Shown here: one piece after another, positions 6,776 to 15,852 of the stretch
How the letters are laid out: each line of letters begins with the position of its first letter
How positions within the stretch are numbered: position 1 is the stretch's first letter
The notes under the pieces: generated by a model
What the model saw: only the letters and a program-made list of their open reading frames with translations
Told to the model about the DNA's origin: nothing
Databases searched by the model: none
Program-made: the position numbers and the translations under genes
IMG/VR virus record: IMGVR_UViG_3300033755_000019
Span: 1 to 27,773 of that record
Length of the DNA: 27,773 nucleotides
Reading direction: 5' to 3' (one strand)
Source: a virus
Taxonomy: Duplodnaviria > Caudoviricetes

Positions 6776-8557
6776 ATGACCACCAAGGCCAAAACACCCC
6801 GGGCAAAGGAGGCCCCTACCAAGCCCGCAGTGTCTCAGGCCACCCCCGCCCGGCTCGCTGAAGTTCCCGTCACCTTCTCCGCTAAACTCCAGTCCTACGT
6901 TGCCTCCGTCGTCTCCGGCCAGATTGCCGCTTGCAAGTGGGTTCGCCTCGCTTGCAAGCGGCATCTGCGCGACCTGGAACGGGCCAAGACCGAGGGCTTT
7001 CCCTACCGCTTTGACCTGGCTCTGGTGGAGAGGGTGTGCCGGTTCGGCTCAAATATGCGGCACACGAAGGGAAAATGGGCCGGGGAGAAGGTCACCCTGG
7101 AGCCTTGGCAGATATTTTTTCTCGGGTGCATCTTCGGTTGGGTCCGGAAGAAGGACGGGATGCGCCGGTTCCGCGAGGTTCTGGCCGTAATCCCCCGGAA
7201 GAACGGGAAGTCCCTAATCGCCGCCATCGTCGGCCATTACATGATGAACGCCGATGGGGAGAAGGGAGCCGAGATATACAGTGGTGCCACAAGTCTCGAC
7301 CAAGCCATGGAAGTGTTCCGGCCGGCCTGGTTGATGGTGGACAACGACGTGCAGTTCCGGGCGCACTTCGGCCTGGAACTGGGTGGGACGAGCAAGAACC
7401 CCGGGCCGATCTACCGGCTCTCTGACGGTAGCCGCTTCGCCCCCGTCATTGGTAAACCTGGCGACGGCGCGAGCCCCTCCTGTGGCATCGTGGACGAGTA
7501 CCACGAGCACAAGACTCCCGACCTTTACGACACGCTGGTGACGGGCATGGGCGCTCGGGCCCAGCCCCTTCTTCTGGTGGTGACCACCGCAGGCGTGGAC
7601 ACCTCCGTGCCCTGCTACGACAAGCAGAAGGAACTGGAGAAGGTCCTGGAAGGCTCCTTGGAGAAGGAGGAGCTGTTCGGAGTTGTCTACACGATAGACG
7701 ATGACGACGACTGGACCGATTTTAGCTGTTGGGTAAAGGCGAACCCGAACTTCGGCATCTCCATTTTTGAGGACTTCCTGCGGGCGCGGCACCAGGAGGC
7801 CATGACCAACCCGGGCCGCAAGAACGTCCTTCTCACCAAGCACCTGAATCAGTGGCAGAACGCCGGCTGCGCATGGATGGACATGCTGAAGTGGGCGTCC
7901 TGCGAAGACCGCAAGCTCAATATCTCCCAGTTCGCGGGCCAGGAGTGCTGGCTCGGCATGGACCTAGCCAACCGGATCGACATCGCTGCCCTGCGTGTCG
8001 TGTTTCGCCATAAAAAAGGGTTCGCTGGTTTCGGCTTCTATTACCTGCCCGCGGACACCATCAACCGCCCGGAGAACGCTCATTACCAGAAGTGGCGAGA
8101 AGAGGGCTGGCTCATCGAGACGGATGGGGCAGTCACGGACTTCGGCCGGATTGAGGAAGACATCAAGCAGCTTTGCGAGAAGTTCCGCCCGCGGGAACTG
8201 GCCTACGACCCCAAGGAAGCCACCTTCTTCGTGCTCCATCTTCAGGAGCAACCCTGGGCCAATTTCGATTGCGTCGAGATCACCCAGGGCCCCCAGAACA
8301 TGAGCGAGCCCATGAAGGCCTTCGAGGGGCACATTTACGGGGGCACCTACGCTCACGCCGGGGACCCGGTGATGAACTGGATGATGTCCAACGTCGTCAA
8401 GAAACAAGCCAGGGGCGGCGGCCCGATCAAGACCTACTACCCCACCAAAGAGCGCAACGAAGCCAAGATCGACGGCCCGGTGGCCGAGATCATGGCCCTG
8501 AGTCGGGCCATCGTGGCCGTGCCTCCCCCCTCTGGCGAGCTATTCCTGGATTGGTGA
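6776..8557 (+). CDS. terL: terminase large subunit (Terminase_1 type)
   Basis: LEPWQ, Walker A PRKNGKS, Walker B GIVDEYH, TTAG, KANPN, GMDLA, KIDG motifs. Confidence 0.97.
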   Translation: MTTKAKTPRAKEAPTKPAVSQATPARLAEVPVTFSAKLQSYVASVVSGQIAACKWVRLACKRHLRDLERAKTEGFPYRFDLALVERVCRFGSNMRHTKGKWAGEKVTLEPWQIFFLGCIFGWVRKKDGMRRFREVLAVIPRKNGKSLIAAIVGHYMMNADGEKGAEIYSGATSLDQAMEVFRPAWLMVDNDVQFRAHFGLELGGTSKNPGPIYRLSDGSRFAPVIGKPGDGASPSCGIVDEYHEHKTPDLYDTLVTGMGARAQPLLLVVTTAGVDTSVPCYDKQKELEKVLEGSLEKEELFGVVYTIDDDDDWTDFSCWVKANPNFGISIFEDFLRARHQEAMTNPGRKNVLLTKHLNQWQNAGCAWMDMLKWASCEDRKLNISQFAGQECWLGMDLANRIDIAALRVVFRHKKGFAGFGFYYLPADTINRPENAHYQKWREEGWLIETDGAVTDFGRIEEDIKQLCEKFRPRELAYDPKEATFFVLHLQEQPWANFDCVEITQGPQNMSEPMKAFEGHIYGGTYAHAGDPVMNWMMSNVVKKQARGGGPIKTYYPTKERNEAKIDGPVAEIMALSRAIVAVPPPSGELFLDW

Positions 8558-8559
8558 AC

Positions 8560-9957
8560 ATGAGCATTTGGCCCTTCAAAAGCAAGAAAGAGAGCCCCCC
8601 GGCCGGAAACCACCTCGGATCGTTGGTGGATAACTACGAGCTGCTTCAGGAAAACAACGCCCTGAAGAAAGAGCTTCAGCAGGCCCAGCGCGTGCAGAAT
8701 TTCGGTGACAGTTTCTCCATCACCGACTCCAGCCGGTGGCAGGAGATGCTCGGAACCGGGATGCACGCGGCGGGCCAGGTGGTCAACCACATCACCGCTT
8801 TTCGGGCCTCCGCCGTGTTCGCCTGCGTGCGCCTGATCTCGTCCGCCATCTGCTGCGCCCCGGTTAAGATTTACAAGCGGGATAGCGAACTGCGCGTGCT
8901 CGCGCCCCGCCATCCTTTGGCCGAGGTCCTGCGCCTTTATCCGAACCGTTTCATGACCGCCGCGACCTTCTGGAAGGCGTTCATGCAGGACAAGCTCCTG
9001 ATGGGCAATGGCTATGCCCACATTGTCCGTGGGAGGAATGGGGCCCCCTTGGCGCTTATCCCCCTCAAGGCCTGGAATGTGATGGTCTACTGGGCCTGGG
9101 AGCTGGGCCTGGACAAGGAGCCCGGCGTCGAGCGCAACCGGCTGTTTTATGGCTGCGTTTTCGACGATGGCCGCTACAAGATTTTCGATCAGAGCGACAT
9201 CATTCACGTTCCGAACCTCGGGTGGAACGGCCGGGTAGGGCTCTCCACCCTCCAGGCGATGGCCCAGGCCGTGGGCGTTGCCCTGGGCGCCGACAGTTCC
9301 ACTGCCTCGTTCTTCGCCAATGGGCTCCAGACTCAGAGCGTGATCTCCTTCCCAAACAACGTGGACAAGGACGCCATGGAGCGTCTGAAGCAGCATTTGG
9401 AAGAAAAGTACACCGGCTCCAGGAACCACCACAAGCCGTTGATCCTTTTCGCAGATGCCAAGGTGAGTTCGTTGGCCATGACGGCTGCGGACGCCCAGCT
9501 TTTGGAATCCCGGAAGTTCTCGGTCATCGACATCTGCCGTTTCTTTGGCGTCCACCCGGTCATGGTGGGCGAGAACGAGAAGACCAGCTCCTTCGGCGGC
9601 GGCGTGGAGCAGATGGGCCGGTGGTTCAACACCCTGACCCTGAACGAGCATTTCACGGCCATCGAGCAGGAGTTGGAGCGCAAGCTGTTCACCGATGGGT
9701 ACTTTGCCGAGTTCGATGAGACCGCGATTACCCGGGGCGATCTCCAGGCAAGGGCGGATTACTACAAGGCCGCGCTGGGCTCGATTCAGCAGCCCGGCTG
9801 GATGTCCCCCAACGAAGTTCGCGCTGAGGAAGGCCTCGCGCCGAAGGCCGGGGAAGAGAACGAGGAACTTTTCAAGCCGGCGACCGGCGCACCCGATGCG
9901 CAGCCGGAGGAAGGAGGAAGTGATGAAGACCCGGCTAATGCGGCTGCTGCGCGATAA
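8560..9957 (+). CDS. portal protein, HK97 family
   Basis: AVFACVRLIS, GNGYA, IIHV, DAQLLESRKFS..DICRFFGVHP, SPNEVRAEEGL; ATG at 8560. Confidence 0.96.
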   Translation: MSIWPFKSKKESPPAGNHLGSLVDNYELLQENNALKKELQQAQRVQNFGDSFSITDSSRWQEMLGTGMHAAGQVVNHITAFRASAVFACVRLISSAICCAPVKIYKRDSELRVLAPRHPLAEVLRLYPNRFMTAATFWKAFMQDKLLMGNGYAHIVRGRNGAPLALIPLKAWNVMVYWAWELGLDKEPGVERNRLFYGCVFDDGRYKIFDQSDIIHVPNLGWNGRVGLSTLQAMAQAVGVALGADSSTASFFANGLQTQSVISFPNNVDKDAMERLKQHLEEKYTGSRNHHKPLILFADAKVSSLAMTAADAQLLESRKFSVIDICRFFGVHPVMVGENEKTSSFGGGVEQMGRWFNTLTLNEHFTAIEQELERKLFTDGYFAEFDETAITRGDLQARADYYKAALGSIQQPGWMSPNEVRAEEGLAPKAGEENEELFKPATGAPDAQPEEGGSDEDPANAAAAR

Positions 9958-10879
9958 CGCGAACGCCCAGGCCCGGATGCCCTTGAAGGCTCGTGCGCCT
10001 GGGGGGAAAGGGGCTCCGAAGGCGGAAACCGAAGCCTCGCCTAATGAGGCCACCCTCTATCTCTATGACGTGATCGTGGACGACCCCTACTGGGGCGGCG
10101 TCAGCGCGGAGGATTTCGTGTTGGCCTTGGCTGAGGCCTCGGTGACCGCGGACGTTATTCATCTCCGGATGAATTGCCCTGGGGGCGATGTGTTCGCGGC
10201 CAGGGCCATGGAAGCCGCCGTGCGGGGGACCTCCAAGAAGGTGATCGCGCATGTGGATGGTTACGCCGCCTCCGCGGCCTCTTTCCTGGCCCTCGCCTGC
10301 GATGAAGTGCAGATGGCCCCCGGCGCGTTCTTCATGATCCACAAGGCCTGGACTCTGGCCATGGGGAATGCCGACGACCTGGCCTCTACCGCGGCCCTCC
10401 TAGCCAAGATCGACGACTCTCTGGTGGCCACCTACGCTAAGGAAACCGGGCAGCCGGCCAAGGACATCGCGGGCATGATGGCGGCCGAGACCTGGCTGAC
10501 CGCCGAAGAGGCGGTGGCCCTGGGCTTCGCCGACAGCATCATGGAAGACGCGCCAAAAGAAAGTGCCAAGGCCACGGCCTCCTGGAACCTGGCGGCTTAT
10601 GACAATGCGCCCCGGGTGATCCAGCAGGAGGAAAAGACGGACGATGACCTGGAGACGGCCGGCGAGCCCGAACTGGACCCAGAAAGCACCCCGGACCCCG
10701 ACCCGGATAATCCCGACAACACGGACAAGACGGACAAATCCGAGGACGTTCCCCATGGGGAGGGTGAAGCCTGTACTTCTACCCTAAATGTCGGGTTAAA
10801 CCTGACTCAGGAAAACGGCAACGTGTTGTCCGGAACCCTTAACCGCCGCCTCAGAGCGAGGGGCATAACCAGCGAATAG
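9923..10879 (+). CDS. ClpP-like head maturation protease
   Basis: MNCPGGDVF, VDGYAASAAS, FMIHKAW, ETWLTAEEAVALGFAD; AGGAGG RBS; acidic C-terminal extension. Confidence 0.95.
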   Translation: MKTRLMRLLRDNANAQARMPLKARAPGGKGAPKAETEASPNEATLYLYDVIVDDPYWGGVSAEDFVLALAEASVTADVIHLRMNCPGGDVFAARAMEAAVRGTSKKVIAHVDGYAASAASFLALACDEVQMAPGAFFMIHKAWTLAMGNADDLASTAALLAKIDDSLVATYAKETGQPAKDIAGMMAAETWLTAEEAVALGFADSIMEDAPKESAKATASWNLAAYDNAPRVIQQEEKTDDDLETAGEPELDPESTPDPDPDNPDNTDKTDKSEDVPHGEGEACTSTLNVGLNLTQENGNVLSGTLNRRLRARGITSE

Positions 10880-10912
10880 CGGTCTTCCGCACGCTGATAG
10901 GAGAAAAAGCCT

Positions 10913-12169
10913 ATGCCTGGCATACAGGAGTTGCGGGAAGAACGCGCCGCCGTTTCCCGGAAAGTTAGGTCCCTCGTGGACGAAACCCCCAAGGACAAGT
11001 GGACCCCGGCCCACAATGACCAGTTCGACGCCCTGGTCAACGAGATCGACGCCCTGGACGGTCGTATCGAGCGTTTCGAGAAGATGCTCGACCTGACCGC
11101 CGAGGAGCGCAAGACCGCCGCAGTTCAGGACGCCGTGGACCGTGTTGACCATGACAGCCCCGAGGCCAAGCGCAACTCCAGCGGCTTCCTGGCCTGGATG
11201 CGCGGCGGCAAGGACGGTTTCAAGGACCATGTGGCCAAGCAGGTCAGTCGGGGCGCGGGCATCATGAACACCATGGATACCACCGTGGGAGCCGATGGCG
11301 GTTTTACCGTGCAGTCGGACGTGGTGGCCACCGTCATCGACGCCCTGAAGCAGTATGGCGGGATGCGGGCCGTGTCGAAGATCATCAAGACCGACGCCGG
11401 CAACCCGATCAACTACCCCACCAGCAACGGCACGGCGGAAGTCGGCGAAATCCTGGACCAGAACACCCAGGCCTCTTCCGAGGACATTTCGTTCGGCACG
11501 TTGCCCCTGCCGGTCTTCAAGTACAGCTCCAAGTACGTGACCGTGCCCATCGAACTGCTCCAGGATTCCTCCGTGGATATCGAGGAGTTCGTTCGCCACC
11601 GCATCGCCACGCGCCTGGGCCGTATCATGAACCAGCACTTCACCGTCGGGACCGGCGTGGATCAGCCCAACGGGCTCATCACGGCCGCGGTTGCCAACGG
11701 CGACATCGGCAAGGTGGGGCTGACCGGCGAGACGCTGACCCTGATCTACGACGACTTGATCGACCTGATCCACTCGGTCGATCCGGCCTATCGTGATCTG
11801 GGGAACTGCCAGTTCATGATGAACGACCAGACCTTGCGGACCATTCGTAAGGTTAAAGACAACAATGGCCGTCCTTTGTGGATGCCGCTGGATGAGGGCT
11901 TGACCGCGGGCCTGTCCGGCAGCCTTTGCGGTTATCCCTACACCACCAACCAGCAAATGCCGGTCATGGCCGCCAACGCCTACTCCGTGGCCTTCGGCGA
12001 CATGAGCTTCTACGTCATCCGCGACGTGATGCAGATGACCTTTTACCGCTTCGACGACTCCGCGTTTGCCTCCAAGGGCCAGGTAGGCTTCCTCGCCTTC
12101 CTGCGCTCCGGCGGCAACTTCATGGACGTGGGCGGCGCGGTGAAGCTGTTCCAGAACTCGGCCACCTAA
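10913..12169 (+). CDS. major capsid protein, HK97 fold with N-terminal delta domain
   Basis: Coiled-coil N-terminus, DGGFTV, ELLQDS, GTGVDQPNGL, VKDNNGRPLW, FGDMSFY. Confidence 0.97.
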   Translation: MPGIQELREERAAVSRKVRSLVDETPKDKWTPAHNDQFDALVNEIDALDGRIERFEKMLDLTAEERKTAAVQDAVDRVDHDSPEAKRNSSGFLAWMRGGKDGFKDHVAKQVSRGAGIMNTMDTTVGADGGFTVQSDVVATVIDALKQYGGMRAVSKIIKTDAGNPINYPTSNGTAEVGEILDQNTQASSEDISFGTLPLPVFKYSSKYVTVPIELLQDSSVDIEEFVRHRIATRLGRIMNQHFTVGTGVDQPNGLITAAVANGDIGKVGLTGETLTLIYDDLIDLIHSVDPAYRDLGNCQFMMNDQTLRTIRKVKDNNGRPLWMPLDEGLTAGLSGSLCGYPYTTNQQMPVMAANAYSVAFGDMSFYVIRDVMQMTFYRFDDSAFASKGQVGFLAFLRSGGNFMDVGGAVKLFQNSAT

Positions 12170-12172
12170 AAA

Positions 12173-12184
12173 GTCTAGTTAAAC
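12173..12184 (+). promoter_or_regulatory. copy of the repeated 12-bp motif (GTCTAGTTAAAC)
   Basis: Exact match to the consensus, located between capsid stop and terminator. Confidence 0.55.
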
Positions 12185-12194
12185 ATGACTAATA

Positions 12195-12224
12195 GCGGGG
12201 CCGGGTTTATCCCGGCCTCGTTTT
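12195..12224 (+). terminator. rho-independent terminator after the capsid gene
   Basis: CGGGGCCGGG-TTTAT-CCCGGCCTCG followed by TTTT. Confidence 0.8.
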
Positions 12225-12238
12225 AAGGAGCCAAGAAA

Positions 12239-12568
12239 ATGAAAGTACGCGCTCTCACGGACATCCCGCAGCACGGCGTCAAAGCGGGCCAGTTCTTTGA
12301 GATTGAGGATGGCGAGGCCAAGAGCCTCGTGGCTGGGGGCTTCGCCGATGACAAGGCCACGGAGGCCGCTGTCTATGGAAGCAAAATCCCGCCCGCGAAG
12401 GTCGTATCCGGTGACCAAGCCCAGACCCCCCAGGAGCAGGCCGAGGCCGCCGAGGCCGCTCTGGCCGCGGCTGAAGCCGAAGCCAAGGCTGCCGAGGCTG
12501 CTCTGACCCAGGCCGGGAGTGCCCCGGCAGCCGACGCGGCCACCGGCACCTCCAAAGGCAAGAAGTAA
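12239..12568 (+). CDS. small head-associated protein with Ala/Glu-rich tail
   Basis: AAGGAG RBS; position after capsid; GQFFEIEDGEAKSLVAGGFA pattern typical of post-capsid small proteins. Confidence 0.75.
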   Translation: MKVRALTDIPQHGVKAGQFFEIEDGEAKSLVAGGFADDKATEAAVYGSKIPPAKVVSGDQAQTPQEQAEAAEAALAAAEAEAKAAEAALTQAGSAPAADAATGTSKGKK

Positions 12569-12571
12569 GAC

Positions 12572-13261
12572 ATGGCCCTCCAAGTCATCGTTCCCCCGAC
12601 GGTAGAACCGATTTCGCTGAGTGACGCGAAGCTGCACACCCGTGTGGACGACGATACCTCGGACGATCTCTTCAACGTCTTCATCACGACCGCTCGCATT
12701 GCCGGTGAGAACCTGACGAGGAGGGCCTTTGTCACCCAGACGCTCCAGCTTACGCTAGACCGATTTCCCACCGGCTACTGGCCGGGCAGCATAATCGGTA
12801 ACATGCCTGGGTATCCCAGAATTTACCCCAATTCCACTCGGAGGCTCTATCGTCGTCAGTCCATCGAGCTTCCGAAGCCTCCGCTCCAGTCGATCATCTC
12901 CGTGAGCTACGTGGACCCAAACGGTGACACGCAGACGTTACCAGAGTCCGCCTACATTCTGGTGAATGACTCCGACACGGTGAACCCTTTCATCGTGCCG
13001 GCCTGTGGGACCTCCTGGCCTGAGACACAGGACATCCCGAACTGTGTGACCATCCAGTATGAATCGGGGTGGCCGTTGGATTCCAACGGCAATCCAACAA
13101 CCCCGAAGGCGATCTGCGCATGGATGTTCGTGCGGGTCACAGGCCTGTATTCCCAGCGCGAAAATTTCGTCGTGGGGACCGTCCGTAAGAACCTGATCCA
13201 GATGGACCGGAGTTTTGTGGACAATCTCCTCGACCCCTTCGTCATAATGGAGATCGTCTAG
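12572..13261 (+). CDS. head-tail connector (gp6-like, phiE125 gp8 family)
   Basis: EPISLSDAKLHTRVD, ENLTRRAFVTQT, LPKPPLQSI, LYSQRE. Confidence 0.9.
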   Translation: MALQVIVPPTVEPISLSDAKLHTRVDDDTSDDLFNVFITTARIAGENLTRRAFVTQTLQLTLDRFPTGYWPGSIIGNMPGYPRIYPNSTRRLYRRQSIELPKPPLQSIISVSYVDPNGDTQTLPESAYILVNDSDTVNPFIVPACGTSWPETQDIPNCVTIQYESGWPLDSNGNPTTPKAICAWMFVRVTGLYSQRENFVVGTVRKNLIQMDRSFVDNLLDPFVIMEIV

Positions 13262-13593
13262 TGCCGGCCGCCAGCGACATGAACGAGCGGGTGGCGATCC
13301 AGGTCTTGACCACCACTCCCACGCAGACCGGGGGTGCCGAGGAGACCTGGAACACAGTGGCCACCGTCTGGTGCCGCACCTGGGGCGCGACAGGCACCGA
13401 GCGGCAGATGGCCACCATGCAGCAGGGCAAGCTGCGCCGGCACTTTCTCATCCGCTATTACCCGGGGCTCTCCGACATGAACCGGGTGTTTTACCGCGGT
13501 GAAACGTACAAAGTGACGTTCGCGGATCACCGTTATCCCGACGACGAGACCTATTTTGACGCCTACAAGCTGGATCAGCAGCAGGCCCAGTGA
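13261..13593 (+). CDS. head closure / head-tail adaptor (SPP1 gp16-like)
   Basis: MNERVAIQ, W.TVATVW, IRYYPGL..MNRV.Y; synteny. Confidence 0.88.
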   Translation: MPAASDMNERVAIQVLTTTPTQTGGAEETWNTVATVWCRTWGATGTERQMATMQQGKLRRHFLIRYYPGLSDMNRVFYRGETYKVTFADHRYPDDETYFDAYKLDQQQAQ

Positions 13594-14036
13594 TGGCTGG
13601 CCTAAGTAAAACCCAGGTGATCGTAGAGTTCCCCGACGAGTTCCGGGAGCTTCTGGGCCAGATAAACGCCGCGATCCAGGACTCTTCTTTTGAGATCGCG
13701 GGACTCATAGCCGAGGATGCCAAGGCTTCAGCGGCTTTCATAGACTATACAGGCACCCCCCGCGAGTCGGAATGGCACAAAAAGCACTTCCCGAACGCAC
13801 GCACCCTCCGCGACAGCATCAGGGCCAAGAAGTCTAAATACGAGGACGGGGGGGCCATCGTCTACGCCTCCGCACCCCACGCGCATCTTGTCGAGCGCGG
13901 GCACATCCTGGTGGTGCATGGGAAGGTAAAAGGATCGGTCCCACCCCACCCCTTTTTGGGCCCGGCGGCTCAGACCAGGCTGGAAGAGGCCATAGAAAAG
14001 TTCGGTAAGGCCATACAGGGGGTCCTGGGATCATGA
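13593..14036 (+). CDS. HK97 gp10-like tail completion protein
   Basis: TLRDSI, APHAHLVERGH, VPPHPFLGPA; start 13590 or 13593. Confidence 0.88.
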   Translation: MAGLSKTQVIVEFPDEFRELLGQINAAIQDSSFEIAGLIAEDAKASAAFIDYTGTPRESEWHKKHFPNARTLRDSIRAKKSKYEDGGAIVYASAPHAHLVERGHILVVHGKVKGSVPPHPFLGPAAQTRLEEAIEKFGKAIQGVLGS

Positions 14037-14428
14037 CCGCGCTATTCGCTGCCATCTACGCCATCTTCACGGCCCAGACCAATGGACAGCCAAACCAGCT
14101 CTACACGTTGCTGAATGGCAACCTCTACAATACCAGGGCCCCCATTGACACACCGCTGCCCCTGGCCACCATGTCGATGGTCAACAACGAGACCGACCTC
14201 TGGATGGAGAAGATCACCGTTCAGTTCTCTCTATTCTCCAACACCCCCGGGGACACTGAGATTTTAGCACTCTATACCGCACTTACCGCGCTGTACGATA
14301 ACATAGACCTACCGAACTTGGGCAATCCGAATAACCTGGGCATGGAGCGATTTCATTCCGTGCTCTTTAGCGATGATGGTATTTGGCATTATGCTGTTCA
14401 GTACCGCATTTGGGTAGCCCGAATGTAG
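14033..14428 (+). CDS. putative tail terminator
   Basis: Size and synteny; AP..TPLP, VQFSLFS, WHYAVQYRI pattern. Confidence 0.75.
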   Translation: MTALFAAIYAIFTAQTNGQPNQLYTLLNGNLYNTRAPIDTPLPLATMSMVNNETDLWMEKITVQFSLFSNTPGDTEILALYTALTALYDNIDLPNLGNPNNLGMERFHSVLFSDDGIWHYAVQYRIWVARM

Positions 14429-14534
14429 ATACGTTTCCCCTGGGGGATGTCTGCTGGGTGGAAATATAACAAGGTCGGTGTATGCGTACCACATTCGTGG
14501 AGGAGTGGAAGCAGAAAACTCCCCTCCTTGTAAG

Positions 14535-14546
14535 GTTTAACTAAAC
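14535..14546. promoter_or_regulatory. copy of the repeated 12-bp motif (GTTTAACTAAAC)
   Basis: Exact match in reverse orientation, about 10 nt upstream of the tail tube RBS. Confidence 0.55.
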
Positions 14547-14567
14547 AAATGGTCTAAGGAGACTTCC

Positions 14568-15728
14568 ATGTCCGCACCCTCGAACATCATTGGCATAGCC
14601 CGCGAGCAAACAATATTCGCGGTCTTGGAAACCACCAAGGGGGTGCTGGCCTTCCCCACGGCCCTCAGCCCCCAGACCGTCGCCGCGGGCTTCGCGGAAA
14701 TCGGGCAGAACCCGACCTACACCGATTCGGAGGAAGTGAAGCTCACCCGGGACCTCCTGGAGCAGTTCCAGGATATGTGCCCGGCCGGCACCTTCTCGAT
14801 TCCGCTTTACGCCCGGCCGGCCGGGGCTGCTGGGTCCGCTCCCGATGGGGACGTGATCTTCCAGTCCTTGCTGGGCCAGAAGACCGTGAACAACGGGGTC
14901 AGCGTCGTCTACTCGCCGGCCCTGACCAAGCCCAGCTTCTCTCTGTGGATTTTGCGCGGCAACACCGTGTTCTTCGGTGCCGGTTGCGTGGCCGAGACCC
15001 TGAAGATCACCGCCACCAACAAGGGTGCCGTGAAGTTCCAGATCGGCGGCTCGTTCTTGCAGATGGGCTGGTGTGGCCGGGATGCGGTGCAGGTCGCGGC
15101 TGCCTCGGGTGCCAACACCGTCGAGGTCTACGATGCCAACAAGTACTCGATAGGCGCCGTTCTCCAGAACTCCACCCAGAACGACTTCGCCGCCGATGGC
15201 TACACCGTGACCGGGGTGAACCCGACCACCAACACCCTGACCGTCTCGCCGGCTCTGGATAAGGCCTGGAACGTGGGCGATGTGCTCCAGCCCTATCTGC
15301 CCACCGGGGTCACCGTGGGTGCCCCGCTGGAGTCCCGCAAGACCGGCGTGGCCATCAACGCCGTCTCCAAGATTCTGACCAGCCTGGACCTCAGCTACGA
15401 GGACAAGGTGAAGGTGCTGGACGACGAGATCACCACCAGCGGCTTCTCGGGCGACTATGTGGAAAACGTCCGCAAGATCACTGGCACCGTCAAGTCCCAC
15501 TTCCGCCAGAATGACGTGGATGAGTTCGTGAGCGGGTTCAACGGGACCCAGCAGCCCATCCTCTGCACCTTCGGCACCGTGGCCGGCTCAATTCTCCAGG
15601 TCTTCATGCAGAGCTGCAAGCTCCACGTCCCCACCGTCACAGCCAACGCGCCGGTCCTGGACCTGTCCGTGGATTTCGCGGCCCTGGGCGTCAACGGCGA
15701 GGACAGCATCAGCTTCACTTGGATGTAG
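14568..15728 (+). CDS. major tail tube protein
   Basis: 386 aa, strong AAGGAG RBS, beta-rich, RKITGTV motif, position before the chaperones. Confidence 0.88.
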   Translation: MSAPSNIIGIAREQTIFAVLETTKGVLAFPTALSPQTVAAGFAEIGQNPTYTDSEEVKLTRDLLEQFQDMCPAGTFSIPLYARPAGAAGSAPDGDVIFQSLLGQKTVNNGVSVVYSPALTKPSFSLWILRGNTVFFGAGCVAETLKITATNKGAVKFQIGGSFLQMGWCGRDAVQVAAASGANTVEVYDANKYSIGAVLQNSTQNDFAADGYTVTGVNPTTNTLTVSPALDKAWNVGDVLQPYLPTGVTVGAPLESRKTGVAINAVSKILTSLDLSYEDKVKVLDDEITTSGFSGDYVENVRKITGTVKSHFRQNDVDEFVSGFNGTQQPILCTFGTVAGSILQVFMQSCKLHVPTVTANAPVLDLSVDFAALGVNGEDSISFTWM

Positions 15729-15734
15729 CCAAGC

Positions 15735-15816
15735 GTTGGCGCGGCTACTGCCTGGGTCGGTGTGCGCCTACCGGCCCAGGCAGGAAAAGGAGAACCCGGC
15801 TCCCTGCCGCGCCAGT
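15735..15816 (+). ncRNA. three-way-junction structured RNA between tail tube and tail chaperone genes
   Basis: P1 15737-15745/15806-15814 (9 bp perfect), P2 15748-15761/15770-15783 (14 bp, one G-U), P3 15789-15792/15800-15803. Confidence 0.6.
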
Positions 15817-15852
15817 TAACCGGGGAAACCATCCCTCGGGAGGATATGAGCC

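Noticed and set aside
8173-8559. 129-aa N-terminal extension of the portal ORF
   Set aside because: Overlaps terL out of frame; the plausible start is ATG 8560. The same applies to ORF-track extensions of terS, protease, HNH and the 1602 gene
8437-11956. Long antisense ORFs (538 aa, 386 aa) opposite portal and capsid; likewise 4313-5089, 14541-15500, 16900-18228, 22135-22977
   Set aside because: Shadow frames expected from high GC3 codon bias in well-supported plus-strand genes
14447-14533. 28-codon ORF or TAG read-through extension after the tail terminator gene
   Set aside because: No properly spaced RBS, and no other sign of stop-codon recoding since all genes are intact in the standard code
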